Of a stretch of 64,000 bases of DNA, positions 38,901-47,692 are shown piece after piece (the stretch's first letter is position 1; each line of letters begins with the position of its first letter). Where the stretch lies: positions 9,018 through 73,017 of IMG/VR virus record IMGVR_UViG_3300035665_000023; one strand, written 5' to 3'. Made by a program: the position numbers and the translations under genes. The stretch is from a virus. The notes under the pieces are model-generated. The model was not told the DNA's origin, searched no databases, and was given only the letters and a program-made list of their open reading frames with translations.

Positions 38901-41900
38901 CCATTGCCTCGGCAATAGAACTAACAGCAGTGGCAACATCCTTAGGGACGCCGAAAACTTTCTCGATAACACCTGGAGTAAAAGCTTTTTCAGAAAACTC
39001 TTCTTTGCCTCTTGCAGGTGCCGCACGACGACCACCCTTGCCCTTCATGGCAACGTTGTTTCGCTTCATCGCCCTTTCGATCGCTTGGCGTGTCTGCCCA
39101 GCAAGCGTGTTTGGGTTGGTCACTCCTGGCTCAGCAAACCGCAACACTCGTCGCACCCAACGACCGATTCTTGCTAGTAATCCTGGCTTTGCCTTGCCGA
39201 GGTCGTTCCAGAACTTGAAGTAAGCCGCCCTGTCTTCTAGGTAGCGAGACAAGCCCTCGTCGTTTAGCAAGTCCTCGTCTTCGAGCAGACGTTCGTAGTA
39301 TCCGGCATCTACTTCTTTCATGTCTGCGAGATACGCGACTTTAGCCTTGCCTAGCCCAACCGAATCGTTTTTGCTGACCCAGTTGTAGAGCGATCTCCAT
39401 GCCTTGGGTGACGACCGCTTGATTGCATGGAACATTTCATGGGCAAACAAACCCCATGTCATTGCCTTCTCTGGGCGACCCTCTTTCTTCAGAAGGCTAT
39501 CCCATTTTTCTACATAGTTCCGAACAAGCCAAATAGTGCGAGAGTTTGGAATAAACAGCCCAGGTACTCCTTGGTCGGGACTACCTTCGACCAGCCGAAG
39601 CGTAATGCCGATCTTATTGAGTATCTGCTTCTGCTTACGCTCGTCTTCGGTAAAGTCTTTGGACGGGATCTCTTTCCCTTCCGGCTTTTTGGGGGGACTT
39701 GCGTCTTTATCGGATTCACCGCGAGGAGCTGCTTGACGTTTCTTCTTTCTAGATGGTTTTGCTTTTGCAGCAGCGGTTTCGAGATACTCTCTGATTGTTG
39801 GTTGGCTATTAAGCTTATCTGATATTTCGTCAACAATATCTTCTCGTTCAGTAGCCTTAACATCCAACTCTCTCGCCAAGTCTTGCAGGTCTTCCTTATT
39901 TAGACTGCGAAGGTAAGTCTTTGCTGGCGACTCCTTCGTCTCCTGCTTGGCTTTAACTTCGGGCTGCGCAGGAGCGATTTCTGGCTTATCTTCTTGCTGT
40001 GAAGCGGCTTTGTCAAAATCTTCTGCTGTTACAAGATCGCTTGTCGGCTCCGTTCCTTTCCATGCATACACTGGCGTACCATCTGGTCGATACATTTGCG
40101 TAAGAAGCCCCGCATCAACCATTGGTCGCAACGAACGTGCAACCCACCCACGCGAATCTTTGCCAGGCAATCTGTCAGATATTTCATTCGCTGCCAGCCA
40201 ACGGTTTTCTGGCATTTTGTTTCGAAACGTGAACGCAAAAGACTTCTTGCCAGCGTCTTCTGGTCTCATCTCGCCAGACTGCACCATCGCTTCCGTAAAT
40301 TGCTCTGGGGTTGGCTTTTTTTGTTTTCCTGCAGCTTTTGGAGGTTGCTCAGCGGGTTGTTTTTTAGAAGGAGCCTTTTTCTTAACCGACCTTGGCTTTG
40401 GCAATTCCTTCTGACCAGCAAAGTCATACGTGCCAGCAATCATGTCCGCCAGATACGTGTCTACCTTTGGAACACTTAGCGGCATTAGCAAACCAACCAC
40501 CTCGCCGTTAACAGCGTAAACTACCGGCGTGGTTATTTCATTACCTTTCTTCGCCTCTCCGTATATCGTTGCTTTTGGGTGTCGCTTCAATATCGTGTCG
40601 TGATAAGCCTTGCTCAAAAGAACATAATCGCCGCTATCGTTTTTTAGCATGACTTGTCTTTCAGACATGTCTCCGCCGCGATAACCGACAACAGTCATTT
40701 CATTGCCTGGTTTAATGGTGTTTCTGGTGGGAGCGATAACAGACTCTACCTTCACCTCCCTGCCTATGCCTTCAATTCCAGATCTTTTCTTCGATGAAGC
40801 TAATATTGCGTCCCTGTCTTTATCGGGAGCCTTGATTAGCACTCGACCATCTGTGTAATAACCAGTAGCCTTCAGAGTTGCTGCAAGACTTTCACCCTGA
40901 GCCACATTCCACAAGCCAGCCAGCTTTTCATTTGAGTACGACATGCTCCCAGAGTCAGTCTGGGTGAACCTCTTGTCATCGTCTTTGTCAAATGCGCCTT
41001 CAAAAACACGTTCCGCTATGTCTTTTGCCTTTTTCTGGTCCGAAATGTTAGACGCCTCAAAGTCCCATGATTTCGAACCAGCTTGCCTCACGGTCCAAGT
41101 GCCGCTATCCTTGGACTTCTCAATGAGTAACACGCGGTCGCCTCGAGACGCTCGAATTGTCTGAGCAACTCCTGAAGCGTTTTGCTTAATGCTTGTGTAC
41201 TCTGTGGGCATAGGCTCTGCAGAAGGTTCTGGAAAAACAGGCGACGGCGCTTCGTCCGCCGCCTGCTCCTCCATAGGACTTATTTGCCCTTCGGACGGCC
41301 TTTGCCCCCCTTCGGTTTGCACTTGCACATTAGGATCACCTCCCCCCTTGGTTCCACGAGCATCTTGCACCTCCTCACGTTGACGATCTCCCGACACCGC
41401 ATCAGGAGACTCGGAAATCTTTTGACTTCCATTCGGAACAATCCACTCCGATTCATCAGCATCAAAAAGACCAAGAGATTTTACCTCTAAACCAACGGCA
41501 CCTTCCTTGGTGTAAACCGTCCCGCCGTACTCCTTGGCCCATTTCTCTGCTTGCTTTTTATCAGATGTCCAGCCCAGGTACGGACTGTCGTTTTTACTGG
41601 GGTCTTTATTATCGCCTCTGTACAAGGTCGGCGCAGCTTTGGATCGTTCGGCAACGCCATCCACAAACGCCCTAGCGAGTTCAACGCCCTCTTTGACGTT
41701 GCCGCCTTCGACATTCCCGCCTTCCAAGAAAACTTTCAGGTATCGCTTTAGATTTGAGGGACTGCCCTTCCATGTTCTTATAGCTTCTTTTAGCTTCTCG
41801 CTAACTTCAGGTTGGAAAGAAGGCGTTGGCGCTGACACCGCGTCAACAGGCGTGGGCTCAATTGGATTCTGTACAGGAAACGGATCGCTTGACTGCGGTG

Positions 41901-44031
41901 GTGTTTGCTGCTTGCGATACGAGATCTTCTTTGCGGGCAACGGAGTCGCTGCGACCACCTCAAACGGGTTTGCGACCTCGGCCTCCGTAGGCTGCACGTT
42001 GTAGCCTGACATCGCCGTCTCCACTTGCGGCTGCTGCACCTGAGCTTCTTGTGGTGCCTGCCGCAACGGAACGTCAAACGGGTCGGTAGAAGGCGGCATG
42101 CCCTCTGGCTGCGACACTGGAGGTTGCTGTGTGGCGGGAGGTATTGCCTGTTCCGATGACGGTGGGAACGGGTCGGTAGAAGGCGGTATAGCTTCCGGTT
42201 GCACAACAGGAGATTGTGGCTGATCCAATGAAGGAACAGCAGGTTGCGGCGTTGCGGATCGCATCCTCTCCATTTCTATCGCAGCCTGCCTAGCCACCTC
42301 TTCGTCGTTAATCAACGCTTCTTCGTTAAGCGGATCAGTTGGAGGTTGTTGCTGAGCATTGGGTTCTGGTGCAGGCGTTTCCTCGAATGCATCGCTAGGC
42401 GGTGGCGTAACCGGGGGCATTTGTCCCGCAACTGGTGGGACAGCTTCGTCAGCTGACGAACCAAGCATGCTTCTTAGTTGCTTTTCAAGATTTGCAATTT
42501 CCTGTTGAGCACTTGCTAATCGATTTTCTTTTGTAGTGGGTTCACCTGTTGCAATATCAATAAGGGTTGTTCCGTTATTGGCTTCCCTGACAAGTCCCTG
42601 TTGTCTAGCGAGTTCTCTCGGGAAAGATTCCCTTTTTCCCGTTTTGACTTCATTAACCACTCTTTTCAGCAACTCTAACCTTGCCTGAACATTGCTCGGG
42701 TCTTCGCTTGTGTCGGCTCCAGGCGGGAGCTGTGGGATGAACGGGTCGGTAGAAGAGTCTGCGCCACGACGACCGCCACGACCGCCTCGCAACCCAACCA
42801 ACTCAACGCCCGTTGTGCCAGATTTAACCGCGCCTCCAACAAGAGCCCCACCCGCAGCGGCCTCTGCCCACTGCATGAAGTTCTCTTTGTTGAACAAGTC
42901 GGACTTCGGGTCGTTGATCTCCTTGTTAAGCGATCCGAGAAATTCCTGAAAACCTTCCTGAACGCCTTCTTCTCCAGACGCCTTCGCTGTATCCCATAAA
43001 TATCCAGCAGCCGCCCTCCAGCCTTCTCTGCGAGCTATTTCATCGACGCCAGATCTACCAGCAAACGACTTCAGTACACCTGGAGCGGCTCCAAGCAAAG
43101 ATTCAGAAAGGCCAGAAGCCAAACCAAGCCCCATTGCAGTCCCTGGAGAGTCGTAGCCAGCTTCTCTACCCTCCATATACATGCCGCCGCCTTCATGAAG
43201 GCCTGTAACAGCAGTTGTGGCCGCAGCAGACCCAAAACGCTTAGCGACCTCTCTTCCAACGTATTGTTTAGCAAGCCCCTCAGCAGCTTCAGCAGCCATT
43301 CCTCGCTTGACATACTCCGCTGCAGCATTGGAAATGGCTTTTTTGATAGCACCTTTGGCGAAAACACCACCCACTGCCCCAATAGGAACTGTCGCAACGT
43401 CAAGCGGGTCAGGAGCTGGCACAACAGCAGCACCAAGAGCAGCACCAGCAATACCTGTTAAAACCGACTCAGCCAATGATGGAACCGCCTCGCCTAAAGT
43501 TCCAGCAGCGTAAGTTCCAAAGTTGCTAAAACTACCGAACGCGCCCGTTTTCGGATCTGTAGAGAAAAAATCAATGTTGTCTCGCGGGTTTTCAGACGCT
43601 TGACGCATCTCGTCTTTATACGCCTGGAAATATTGTTGAGCCGAAGGTTCGTCTCCAGCTAAGGAACTCAACATTCCTAAGCCGCCTTGATAAGTCCCTT
43701 GAAGATTGTCAAACCCGCGATACAGCCCTCGCAGAAAAGGATTGCGAGCCTCAAGGTTTATCTTTCCAAAAGCTTCCGAATTGCGACGGCGAAAATCCTC
43801 AATTTCTCTTTTTGCTTGTTCGCGATAAAACAAATCAAGAATTGGAGTAGGTGCTCGCTTCCTGCTATCCATAATTGCCTGTTCGCGAGGGTCATCATAT
43901 GCAGGGACAGGGATTTGCTCGGCCCAATTAGAAGTTAGACTTTGATCGTCTGATGCATTTATGTCGCTAGGAAGGCTTCCAGAATTCATTTCGTCCCTTA
44001 TTTGCCGAAAACGATCAAGAATCTCGCCCAT
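29908..44031 (-). CDS. Giant polyvalent (probably injected virion) protein with ADP-ribosyltransferase-like domains
   Basis: 4707 aa; Gly/Ala-rich N-terminus; ART-like modules LYHGSP..DGVII..SQIKS and FKKWFGDSKVVD..VVYHGT..QIKSATGNRGTF; repeated RYSP linkers. Confidence 0.8.
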   Translation of the reverse strand: MGEILDRFRQIRDEMNSGSLPSDINASDDQSLTSNWAEQIPVPAYDDPREQAIMDSRKRAPTPILDLFYREQAKREIEDFRRRNSEAFGKINLEARNPFLRGLYRGFDNLQGTYQGGLGMLSSLAGDEPSAQQYFQAYKDEMRQASENPRDNIDFFSTDPKTGAFGSFSNFGTYAAGTLGEAVPSLAESVLTGIAGAALGAAVVPAPDPLDVATVPIGAVGGVFAKGAIKKAISNAAAEYVKRGMAAEAAEGLAKQYVGREVAKRFGSAAATTAVTGLHEGGGMYMEGREAGYDSPGTAMGLGLASGLSESLLGAAPGVLKSFAGRSGVDEIARREGWRAAAGYLWDTAKASGEEGVQEGFQEFLGSLNKEINDPKSDLFNKENFMQWAEAAAGGALVGGAVKSGTTGVELVGLRGGRGGRRGADSSTDPFIPQLPPGADTSEDPSNVQARLELLKRVVNEVKTGKRESFPRELARQQGLVREANNGTTLIDIATGEPTTKENRLASAQQEIANLEKQLRSMLGSSADEAVPPVAGQMPPVTPPPSDAFEETPAPEPNAQQQPPTDPLNEEALINDEEVARQAAIEMERMRSATPQPAVPSLDQPQSPVVQPEAIPPSTDPFPPSSEQAIPPATQQPPVSQPEGMPPSTDPFDVPLRQAPQEAQVQQPQVETAMSGYNVQPTEAEVANPFEVVAATPLPAKKISYRKQQTPPQSSDPFPVQNPIEPTPVDAVSAPTPSFQPEVSEKLKEAIRTWKGSPSNLKRYLKVFLEGGNVEGGNVKEGVELARAFVDGVAERSKAAPTLYRGDNKDPSKNDSPYLGWTSDKKQAEKWAKEYGGTVYTKEGAVGLEVKSLGLFDADESEWIVPNGSQKISESPDAVSGDRQREEVQDARGTKGGGDPNVQVQTEGGQRPSEGQISPMEEQAADEAPSPVFPEPSAEPMPTEYTSIKQNASGVAQTIRASRGDRVLLIEKSKDSGTWTVRQAGSKSWDFEASNISDQKKAKDIAERVFEGAFDKDDDKRFTQTDSGSMSYSNEKLAGLWNVAQGESLAATLKATGYYTDGRVLIKAPDKDRDAILASSKKRSGIEGIGREVKVESVIAPTRNTIKPGNEMTVVGYRGGDMSERQVMLKNDSGDYVLLSKAYHDTILKRHPKATIYGEAKKGNEITTPVVYAVNGEVVGLLMPLSVPKVDTYLADMIAGTYDFAGQKELPKPRSVKKKAPSKKQPAEQPPKAAGKQKKPTPEQFTEAMVQSGEMRPEDAGKKSFAFTFRNKMPENRWLAANEISDRLPGKDSRGWVARSLRPMVDAGLLTQMYRPDGTPVYAWKGTEPTSDLVTAEDFDKAASQQEDKPEIAPAQPEVKAKQETKESPAKTYLRSLNKEDLQDLARELDVKATEREDIVDEISDKLNSQPTIREYLETAAAKAKPSRKKKRQAAPRGESDKDASPPKKPEGKEIPSKDFTEDERKQKQILNKIGITLRLVEGSPDQGVPGLFIPNSRTIWLVRNYVEKWDSLLKKEGRPEKAMTWGLFAHEMFHAIKRSSPKAWRSLYNWVSKNDSVGLGKAKVAYLADMKEVDAGYYERLLEDEDLLNDEGLSRYLEDRAAYFKFWNDLGKAKPGLLARIGRWVRRVLRFAEPGVTNPNTLAGQTRQAIERAMKRNNVAMKGKGGRRAAPARGKEEFSEKAFTPGVIEKVFGVPKDVATAVSSIAEAMGLDKSRIQLVKGGMPAENALFQVHKILSGEEPVAVQKTLKSAVAWIGEYANQNKVVPEGVDFNTSDGRQAAVDAIVKHTLLEINAWKKLNRSYISFYTTDIIDRANPWLSKWAKRDKDIAAKMAAEGRDKLTDDEVKLLHIMGSFSSANAIPSVDTLIGLMVLKEWMLHGTLTGMTSNPKHVWKTDYNAPRDMNGQRPRKPTYVTPRGKITFESSRVTSSGKKIPNEPNLVPGKFKKISRTFNLASARSFSKLVDHFGGGKSGLAKAIKWMESEHTWAEIVSVIGDKAAKKLKVHEYLKRDLKNPNDPNLKIVGAFALGDNPKQGSYILNRWQKLKTITKDMWVARTMSRYFREPNTGVPWKHTNQLGRIKRQILEDAWVQVAETLGVEPAIVQEMMWDMEKLFYGMMGVSTDTSYPSDGVLRSLTASVKASVELTDSGIALMRAFNKPTVADGIHELGHVARMFLFDKSIPKDMREGITDADIDVAMKWSGVVDGNWTTEAEEKFANGLLKYIKGGKFTSKTLRSVFEKVVSWLRKIYKSIDNKTSSDPVVNLEISPAMQEVYGKLVSRGIKDSQLSWEAIPSKTLDIIPEIHNASYAVKKEYLKRITDVLFKNGDWIAKAVGLDVPVTITGFSAWQGDIGAGSQSKFEVMLENNGGVKTITEEYRKKLDLYANILGYVLSQDGVYWHLPVYSSDPALENGFEITGNRAWKGSEFKDLYDAMLREFGKDTDLAPAFMPNGARILNFSIDNLDFHSRMEKVVSALHGSNPSFLGGTTTTKSFRSEGNEYNATSNSWQSNPNGEEYTSRIGGTGRPDLQRRSDNVRQAVISATRKFAREQGWNTEFTAAPIKDSGQRYSPGRRSESTGDGRGRDQGRSYTPLEGSPSVQGASGPDPGIVDAAEQYARDNGINLKRQAKYVRVDEERAKRIAQAFEEMQHSPNDPAVKEAYDDMIRQTKSQYDALVKAGYTFTFYDGDTDPYDGNPSSAVRDLRQNKKMAVYGTYAGYGTEGITATELANNPMLADTGLRWKDQKGVSHPVAANDLFRAVHDAFGHSMEGAGFRARGEENAWQAHVRLYYGPAIGAMTSETRGQNSWLNFGPYAEKNKTASVLDTVFAENKIGLMPEWTWTEGRAADMEETGDEGVRYSPSRQAKRKRDPEITKAAQDLKAGLIDRNQYQRIVDMRMPLRKFDEVPIPASKEDMLRGLGDRKAGDRLKRDLIQNPEDIAKGRLLETRLDIPAYDDENVWVVSLHEPRPDLNKGSAGRVVAYTPTSVLRNVTFGVTENAALNIAAGKPKSTIATMRGEYVPMTAQQAYKLAETNKDRWVEIGMNPIRHTYFYDKDTQTPVVSAEEVVQVGGMVLAKNPVLGRREDYRYSPGRNNDAKYLAAVDQGDMAKAQRMVDAAAAGAGEVAGGVSPVLYHGSPHSNFYEFQIPSKGFNSTVFGSYEVSRNAAFFTTDEEAASRYREQGGRKGGSVRKFRVFGELLDWRNGITDAQFNTLVSKGVNSRWLDRKGASWELFDKEEDPDGTLVKAIQKMGYDGVIIKDTDGTSDFDAYVAFTPSQIKSSDAVTYDDSGNVVPLSKRFDETLPDVRYSPRRKPKDDILAGLYKRLEEEGLIKPQVREPSPPASDETTGTKNVKTNELRALAGLGERVMPERESVDQWQAEAARRIAKTPGYPARLAEELANNPRAIDRVEEAVLGRYIRDLENRRQAGESVLDEILTATEASEKAGSIWGQTGVSRQVELASDFSVAGLVRRHLREVQQRPTESQLQEYAQLADRIKKLEAQNAKLVEELAKETIARKKAEAAAQPEPEKPKLGTKRATVVKKVADAFSVFQNLWSGGNRPAAGRNLRPQTDTPEFKKWFGDSKVVDADGKPLVVYHGTNAEFDVFEDTPMHGMIWFAIDKELAAQYGEKVLPVYLKVNEWDKDGGKWQVRGRDVIWVRDKSQIKSATGNRGTFDPNNPDIRYSPSRQPNDIKAAANNVVSALREAGVSSILEVEAQIKANLRNASPEQIQAIRDAWNESISKNKPESPIGDNPTDSELGARAKELMRAAVELGYGAEEENWKDVVDVVYEQLSTEVPGISKYETMQAMSDYGVWQSLNTEPVEVIIRAIRGKARQSLKIEDTINAIKQSEEWLNKGVTPEEVARRLREKGLLPKATGQERATPDSIERELISQFNKLKKTLPVPAESKEGQLKSALTTAKTAAKNRLEMLDKDIAALDEAVKSRTKLVKPVDEKTPLEPDEDLLDLRSQLEQKRRVRDKLKADYEKIFPPTKPKKGRKPLTEEQRLDASVRMLERQISAVKADVKALEDGTWAPAAKNSELTSERKEELMAELRSLRQLRKVALEANPVYQATEELKYWQRYRKAQERRLAFWQRRLEEAKAGRIPVPLKKRTITEKAILEKNMEIEEVQYDAMIAIEKAKRATWNTGQWIGQGILEATSLIPKTLMLGLEMSFVLRQGFFYTYSQPMKAFYALMEAIPAVFSQRLALESADGLKSRPNAKEYELAKVDFTQVTGPQAKLEELYQSAIIRWLENTETKLLLPLRTWAKLYAMAERGNRTFSNIMKADMYDIQKRDTLAAREFFKVNTGWTEDDIKETGRIANIFSGRGTGLKGGNPWLDWLFLARRWTWSRIQADFIVPFQLVTPQWIGQWNADRGMRVALAKLYIQAMVGHTAKMAVAYVAYRLLAGDDEEEMPTFEFDLRSSDALAMKIGETRFKDEGGLMPAIVLASRILTGKMKTSEGEIKSIYGDDVQYGGKTAADFIINYGRYKLGTAPSAILEWASGRDAVGNVIADKDDPTAIYRNIVGSRITPLTYREIYAAESELGLKRGTLAALEAFFGVSVSTHGSRSKYKKASEEDRKKQFEKDLEAMDYNTPDFGYKDLLTDKQRKQMFDQREAKKQAVVYAALANPQRKTHKSDESFQKSVSERDKAIEKFRTMGLDFNDARLMLLDYYKRQYGSAYEMRGNNYVLRESYVQRLRQLRKVLERK

Positions 44032-44074
44032 TTACTTATCTCCGTGGCTTCTTCATGTTGCCTAAAAAATCAAG

Positions 44075-47000
44075 TCAGGAAGTTCTTCTTTGACTGGGAG
44101 AAGCGAAGCTTTTTTTCCCACCGCGATTTATGCCGTCCTTGTTCTGTGGTTTCGTTTCGTATTTTTGTTTTTTGGGTTTCGGTTCTTGACTTATGTCGCC
44201 CTCATTACTGTTTGCCGGAATTCCTCTCGGTGCCATCTCTGCCATAGCCATCAACTTGCTTTGGTCCTCTTCGCTAAGTTGCCCGCTGTAGAAATTCACA
44301 ACAGCACCGTCTTCTCGCTTGAACGTGATTACCCTTTGACCGCCAATTTCTTTCATTGGATGGGAAATCAACTCGACAGTGCCTTTCATCTTTCTGTTTC
44401 CATCTGCTGCTGTCAGTTCAACCATTGAATTATTTTGGTCTTTAGAAGACTGATAAGGTGCAGAATTTGTGCTCCACCACTCGTTCCAAAATTCGTTTTG
44501 TACTGCCGGTTGATCTTTAGGCAAACCAATAGGTTTTTTCTGTTCGAGTAAATCTTTTCTTGACGGAGTTGTCTGCGATTGATCAGGAGCAATTTCAGAT
44601 GCAATTGCATCAATTGTTGGGGAACCCTGTTTAGGCACCGTAGGCTGCGGTTGCGTAGTATTTGGAGGCGCAGGTTTTTGTCCATAATCAATTACTATTG
44701 GATTTTCAAATCCAGGCACTGGTTTTACGCCAGAAGGAAGTTTAGGTGCCTTACGATTTGCAGATTTCGAAGACTTATTAGATTCTCTTTCTTTTTCAAT
44801 ATTAGCAATATATTCGATCGTCGCTCCTGCAATTGATAAGGTCTGAATTGCGGAATTTATATCTGCCTGAGTCGATGCTGGATTTCTAATAACTTCAGCA
44901 GCTTTTATAGCAATTTCCGTACTTGGCTCAAAAGCACCTTGCGGCGTTGACTGTGGTGCCTGTTGTTGCGGCGCAGACGGTGGTTGCATCACCGGACGAC
45001 CTTGCGAATCACGCGGTATCGGCACCACTTGTCCTGCTTGGTTCACCATGTAGCCTCTCGAGGCAAGTTCCTCTGGAGTCAGCCGTCGTTCTTGAGCGTT
45101 AGGATCTCTCCACCCATCCCACCACGCTGGTCTTGCGGGGGGTTGAAATTGTGACTCATCACTGGGTGAAGCGTATGGTTTTCCGTATCCGTCAACGCCT
45201 CGCTTTTTGAGTTTACCTACTTTCTTTAACAACTCTTCAGAGTCTGCATCCCTAAATAACCACCGACCCTTCTTTTTCAATGCCGCCGTAAACTTTGCTC
45301 CCTCCGTTGGTCCTAGTTCAGCAAGAATTTGAGTGTATGGACTCGTATCTCGCGGGTCCATGTTCGCGCCAGCAGGCGGCAATCGTTCGCCTTTCGGACC
45401 TGTGACTCTAATTCCTGGTTGACTTGCTAAACCAGGAGATGTCGCAATTTGCCCGTCTTGCAGCACAGGCTGCTCGTAAGCCGGAGGAGCTTCTTGGCGG
45501 GCACCTCCTCGCTGAGATAAAATACCTCCGCTAACTCCACCAACACCGTATTTGCCCTTGCGTCCGGATTCCAATTGCTCTGGCGTTGGAGTCTGCCGAG
45601 GTCGCGGCTCACGCATTCGTTGACCTTCAGGCGTATCTGGATTAAACATCTCTTGGTAAGTTCCTTGGTTTTCACCCTCCATCCTAGTTTCGCTAGCGTA
45701 ATCCGGTGTCTGCATAACGATGGCGCGATCTTTTTCGCTGAGGTCTTGCAATGGGACAACATATGTTTTTCCGTCTTTTGTGCGTATTACCGCAACGTCG
45801 CTAACTGCTGGATCGCCATCATTGAAATGACGGACACCACGAAGCTCACCTTTGAACGTCTTACCTTTATTGTTAGTCCAAACTCTAGGCTTGCCAATTG
45901 ACGGCGTATCGCGAGCGACTGGCCTTTGATTGTATAGCCTGTTAGCTTCATTGCGTTTCCACTGGTCGTATTCCTTTTCGTGTGCATCTATCGCATCAAG
46001 TACTTTCTGGCCATCCGGACGCTTTGCTATTTCCTTCCTAAGAGCATCAGCGGATTGCTCGTAGCTGATATTTGGGTTGTATTGAATTTCAGCAGATGGA
46101 GCGGCGGGACTTGACTGAGGACCGTTCTGCGCTGGAGCCGCTGGTTGCGCAAGAACATTCTCTCGCCCCCAAACTTGGTTATAATACGATGGAGTTGCTC
46201 GAGAAATATCGCCAGTTTTTCCCGTAACATTACCCTTTGATGTTGCATCTGTGTACTCGTTAATCACATTTGCGGATCTTCTTTGATCTTTTAAGCTTCC
46301 GTCTGGATGATCAAGCCTAACGACGGATTGTGTCGCTTTACCTCCGGTACTCATAGCCAAGGAGTCCCTTGGGTCTACCTTGCTGCCGTCACTCATAATG
46401 ACATAGCCGTGTTCGTCTGTCCGATTGGTTGGTGTCGGGTCTGGCTTGTAATCTGGGTGTGCTGGAGCCAACGCTGGACCCAACGCTGTCCAATCACCAT
46501 TGCGCGAAGCAGGGGGATTCGCCTGAGAACCGGGCTGCACTGGCGTGCCTTGCTGTTGTCTTGCCGACCTTAGCGCCGGAAGGAAAACATCTTGCATTAG
46601 CACCTGCTGGTCTGGTGTTAAGTAATGCTGCCAGCCACCACCTAACCCAGCCATAATCCTCGGATCGCTACCAGGGCCGAAAAGCATCTTGTTTTGCTGC
46701 GAGCCACCCTGCGGTAGAATAGTTTCCTGACTAAAGCTATTCGGATACATATCTTCCTGCATTCTAGCCATCGTCGCTGGGTTCGGCGCAACCTGAGCCA
46801 CACCGTCGTACCCAACCTGCATCAGTTCTGGTCCTTCTTCCCCGACCGTTACCGTTTGGCCGGGATACACAGGACCGCCGTAACGACGTTCTCCAATCCT
46901 TCGTTCCTTTTGAAGCTCGTCAAGCACACTGTTGTACGGATTATCGTCGTCAGCCGCCGCTGCCGGAAGTTGTGCTTGAGGTGTTGCGGCCTTGGGTTGT

Positions 47001-47686
47001 AAAGCGGTAATAGGGGCTCTCAATGCGTTCAAAATATCCTGGTCAGACGGCACAGCGCCATTTTGATTTTGCTCCATAAGCCGAGTCCTAGTATTGTTCC
47101 ACGCCTCAAAGTAATCTTTGGGGTTTTCTTGAGCCCACTTATTAAACGCATCAGGCGCTTGACGTTGCTCGCGAACAGCATTCGCAGTAGATGGGTCCAA
47201 TGTGCTCGTTCCCAAAAGAGCTTCCTTGTTTCTGAGAATTCTATCTAAGCCTTCTTGTTTCTGTGCGTCGTTAAGTCGCGTATTATTTCGCAGTGTATTT
47301 TCTCTGTCTATGAGATTTCGTAATTGCCTAGATACTCCATAGCCAAACCCACCTGCATCGATCATCTTTTGGATTTCTGCATTGTCTTCTTGCCACGATG
47401 CCATTGACGGCTGTTGCGGCAAAACTGGGTCAACACCAAACACTGGCTCCGCACCGATCCCTGGCTTGGCTTTTTTCTTTTGATCGCCAATGCCGATGCC
47501 ACCATACGTGCCGCCAGTGTTGTACTTCAGCGGTTGCATTTGCGATGAACGCATTGCGTTATCACGTTCTTGCTGACGCTGAACCATCTGCATGCCAGCG
47601 TTGAAACGCGAGTCGTCCTTGGTTTGCATTATGCCAGCAACGTCGTGTCGTAATTTAATTCCCATGAAACTTCTCCTTTTAATCAA
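44075..47686 (-). CDS. Large Pro/Gln-rich virion or ejection protein with two SHD1-like domains
   Basis: RVWTNNKGKTFKG...VPLQDLSEKDR and a second ...GQLSEEDQ copy; GGPV..VGEEGPEL motif. Confidence 0.6.
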   Translation of the reverse strand: MIKRRSFMGIKLRHDVAGIMQTKDDSRFNAGMQMVQRQQERDNAMRSSQMQPLKYNTGGTYGGIGIGDQKKKAKPGIGAEPVFGVDPVLPQQPSMASWQEDNAEIQKMIDAGGFGYGVSRQLRNLIDRENTLRNNTRLNDAQKQEGLDRILRNKEALLGTSTLDPSTANAVREQRQAPDAFNKWAQENPKDYFEAWNNTRTRLMEQNQNGAVPSDQDILNALRAPITALQPKAATPQAQLPAAAADDDNPYNSVLDELQKERRIGERRYGGPVYPGQTVTVGEEGPELMQVGYDGVAQVAPNPATMARMQEDMYPNSFSQETILPQGGSQQNKMLFGPGSDPRIMAGLGGGWQHYLTPDQQVLMQDVFLPALRSARQQQGTPVQPGSQANPPASRNGDWTALGPALAPAHPDYKPDPTPTNRTDEHGYVIMSDGSKVDPRDSLAMSTGGKATQSVVRLDHPDGSLKDQRRSANVINEYTDATSKGNVTGKTGDISRATPSYYNQVWGRENVLAQPAAPAQNGPQSSPAAPSAEIQYNPNISYEQSADALRKEIAKRPDGQKVLDAIDAHEKEYDQWKRNEANRLYNQRPVARDTPSIGKPRVWTNNKGKTFKGELRGVRHFNDGDPAVSDVAVIRTKDGKTYVVPLQDLSEKDRAIVMQTPDYASETRMEGENQGTYQEMFNPDTPEGQRMREPRPRQTPTPEQLESGRKGKYGVGGVSGGILSQRGGARQEAPPAYEQPVLQDGQIATSPGLASQPGIRVTGPKGERLPPAGANMDPRDTSPYTQILAELGPTEGAKFTAALKKKGRWLFRDADSEELLKKVGKLKKRGVDGYGKPYASPSDESQFQPPARPAWWDGWRDPNAQERRLTPEELASRGYMVNQAGQVVPIPRDSQGRPVMQPPSAPQQQAPQSTPQGAFEPSTEIAIKAAEVIRNPASTQADINSAIQTLSIAGATIEYIANIEKERESNKSSKSANRKAPKLPSGVKPVPGFENPIVIDYGQKPAPPNTTQPQPTVPKQGSPTIDAIASEIAPDQSQTTPSRKDLLEQKKPIGLPKDQPAVQNEFWNEWWSTNSAPYQSSKDQNNSMVELTAADGNRKMKGTVELISHPMKEIGGQRVITFKREDGAVVNFYSGQLSEEDQSKLMAMAEMAPRGIPANSNEGDISQEPKPKKQKYETKPQNKDGINRGGKKSFASPSQRRTS

Positions 47687-47692
47687 GCGATT

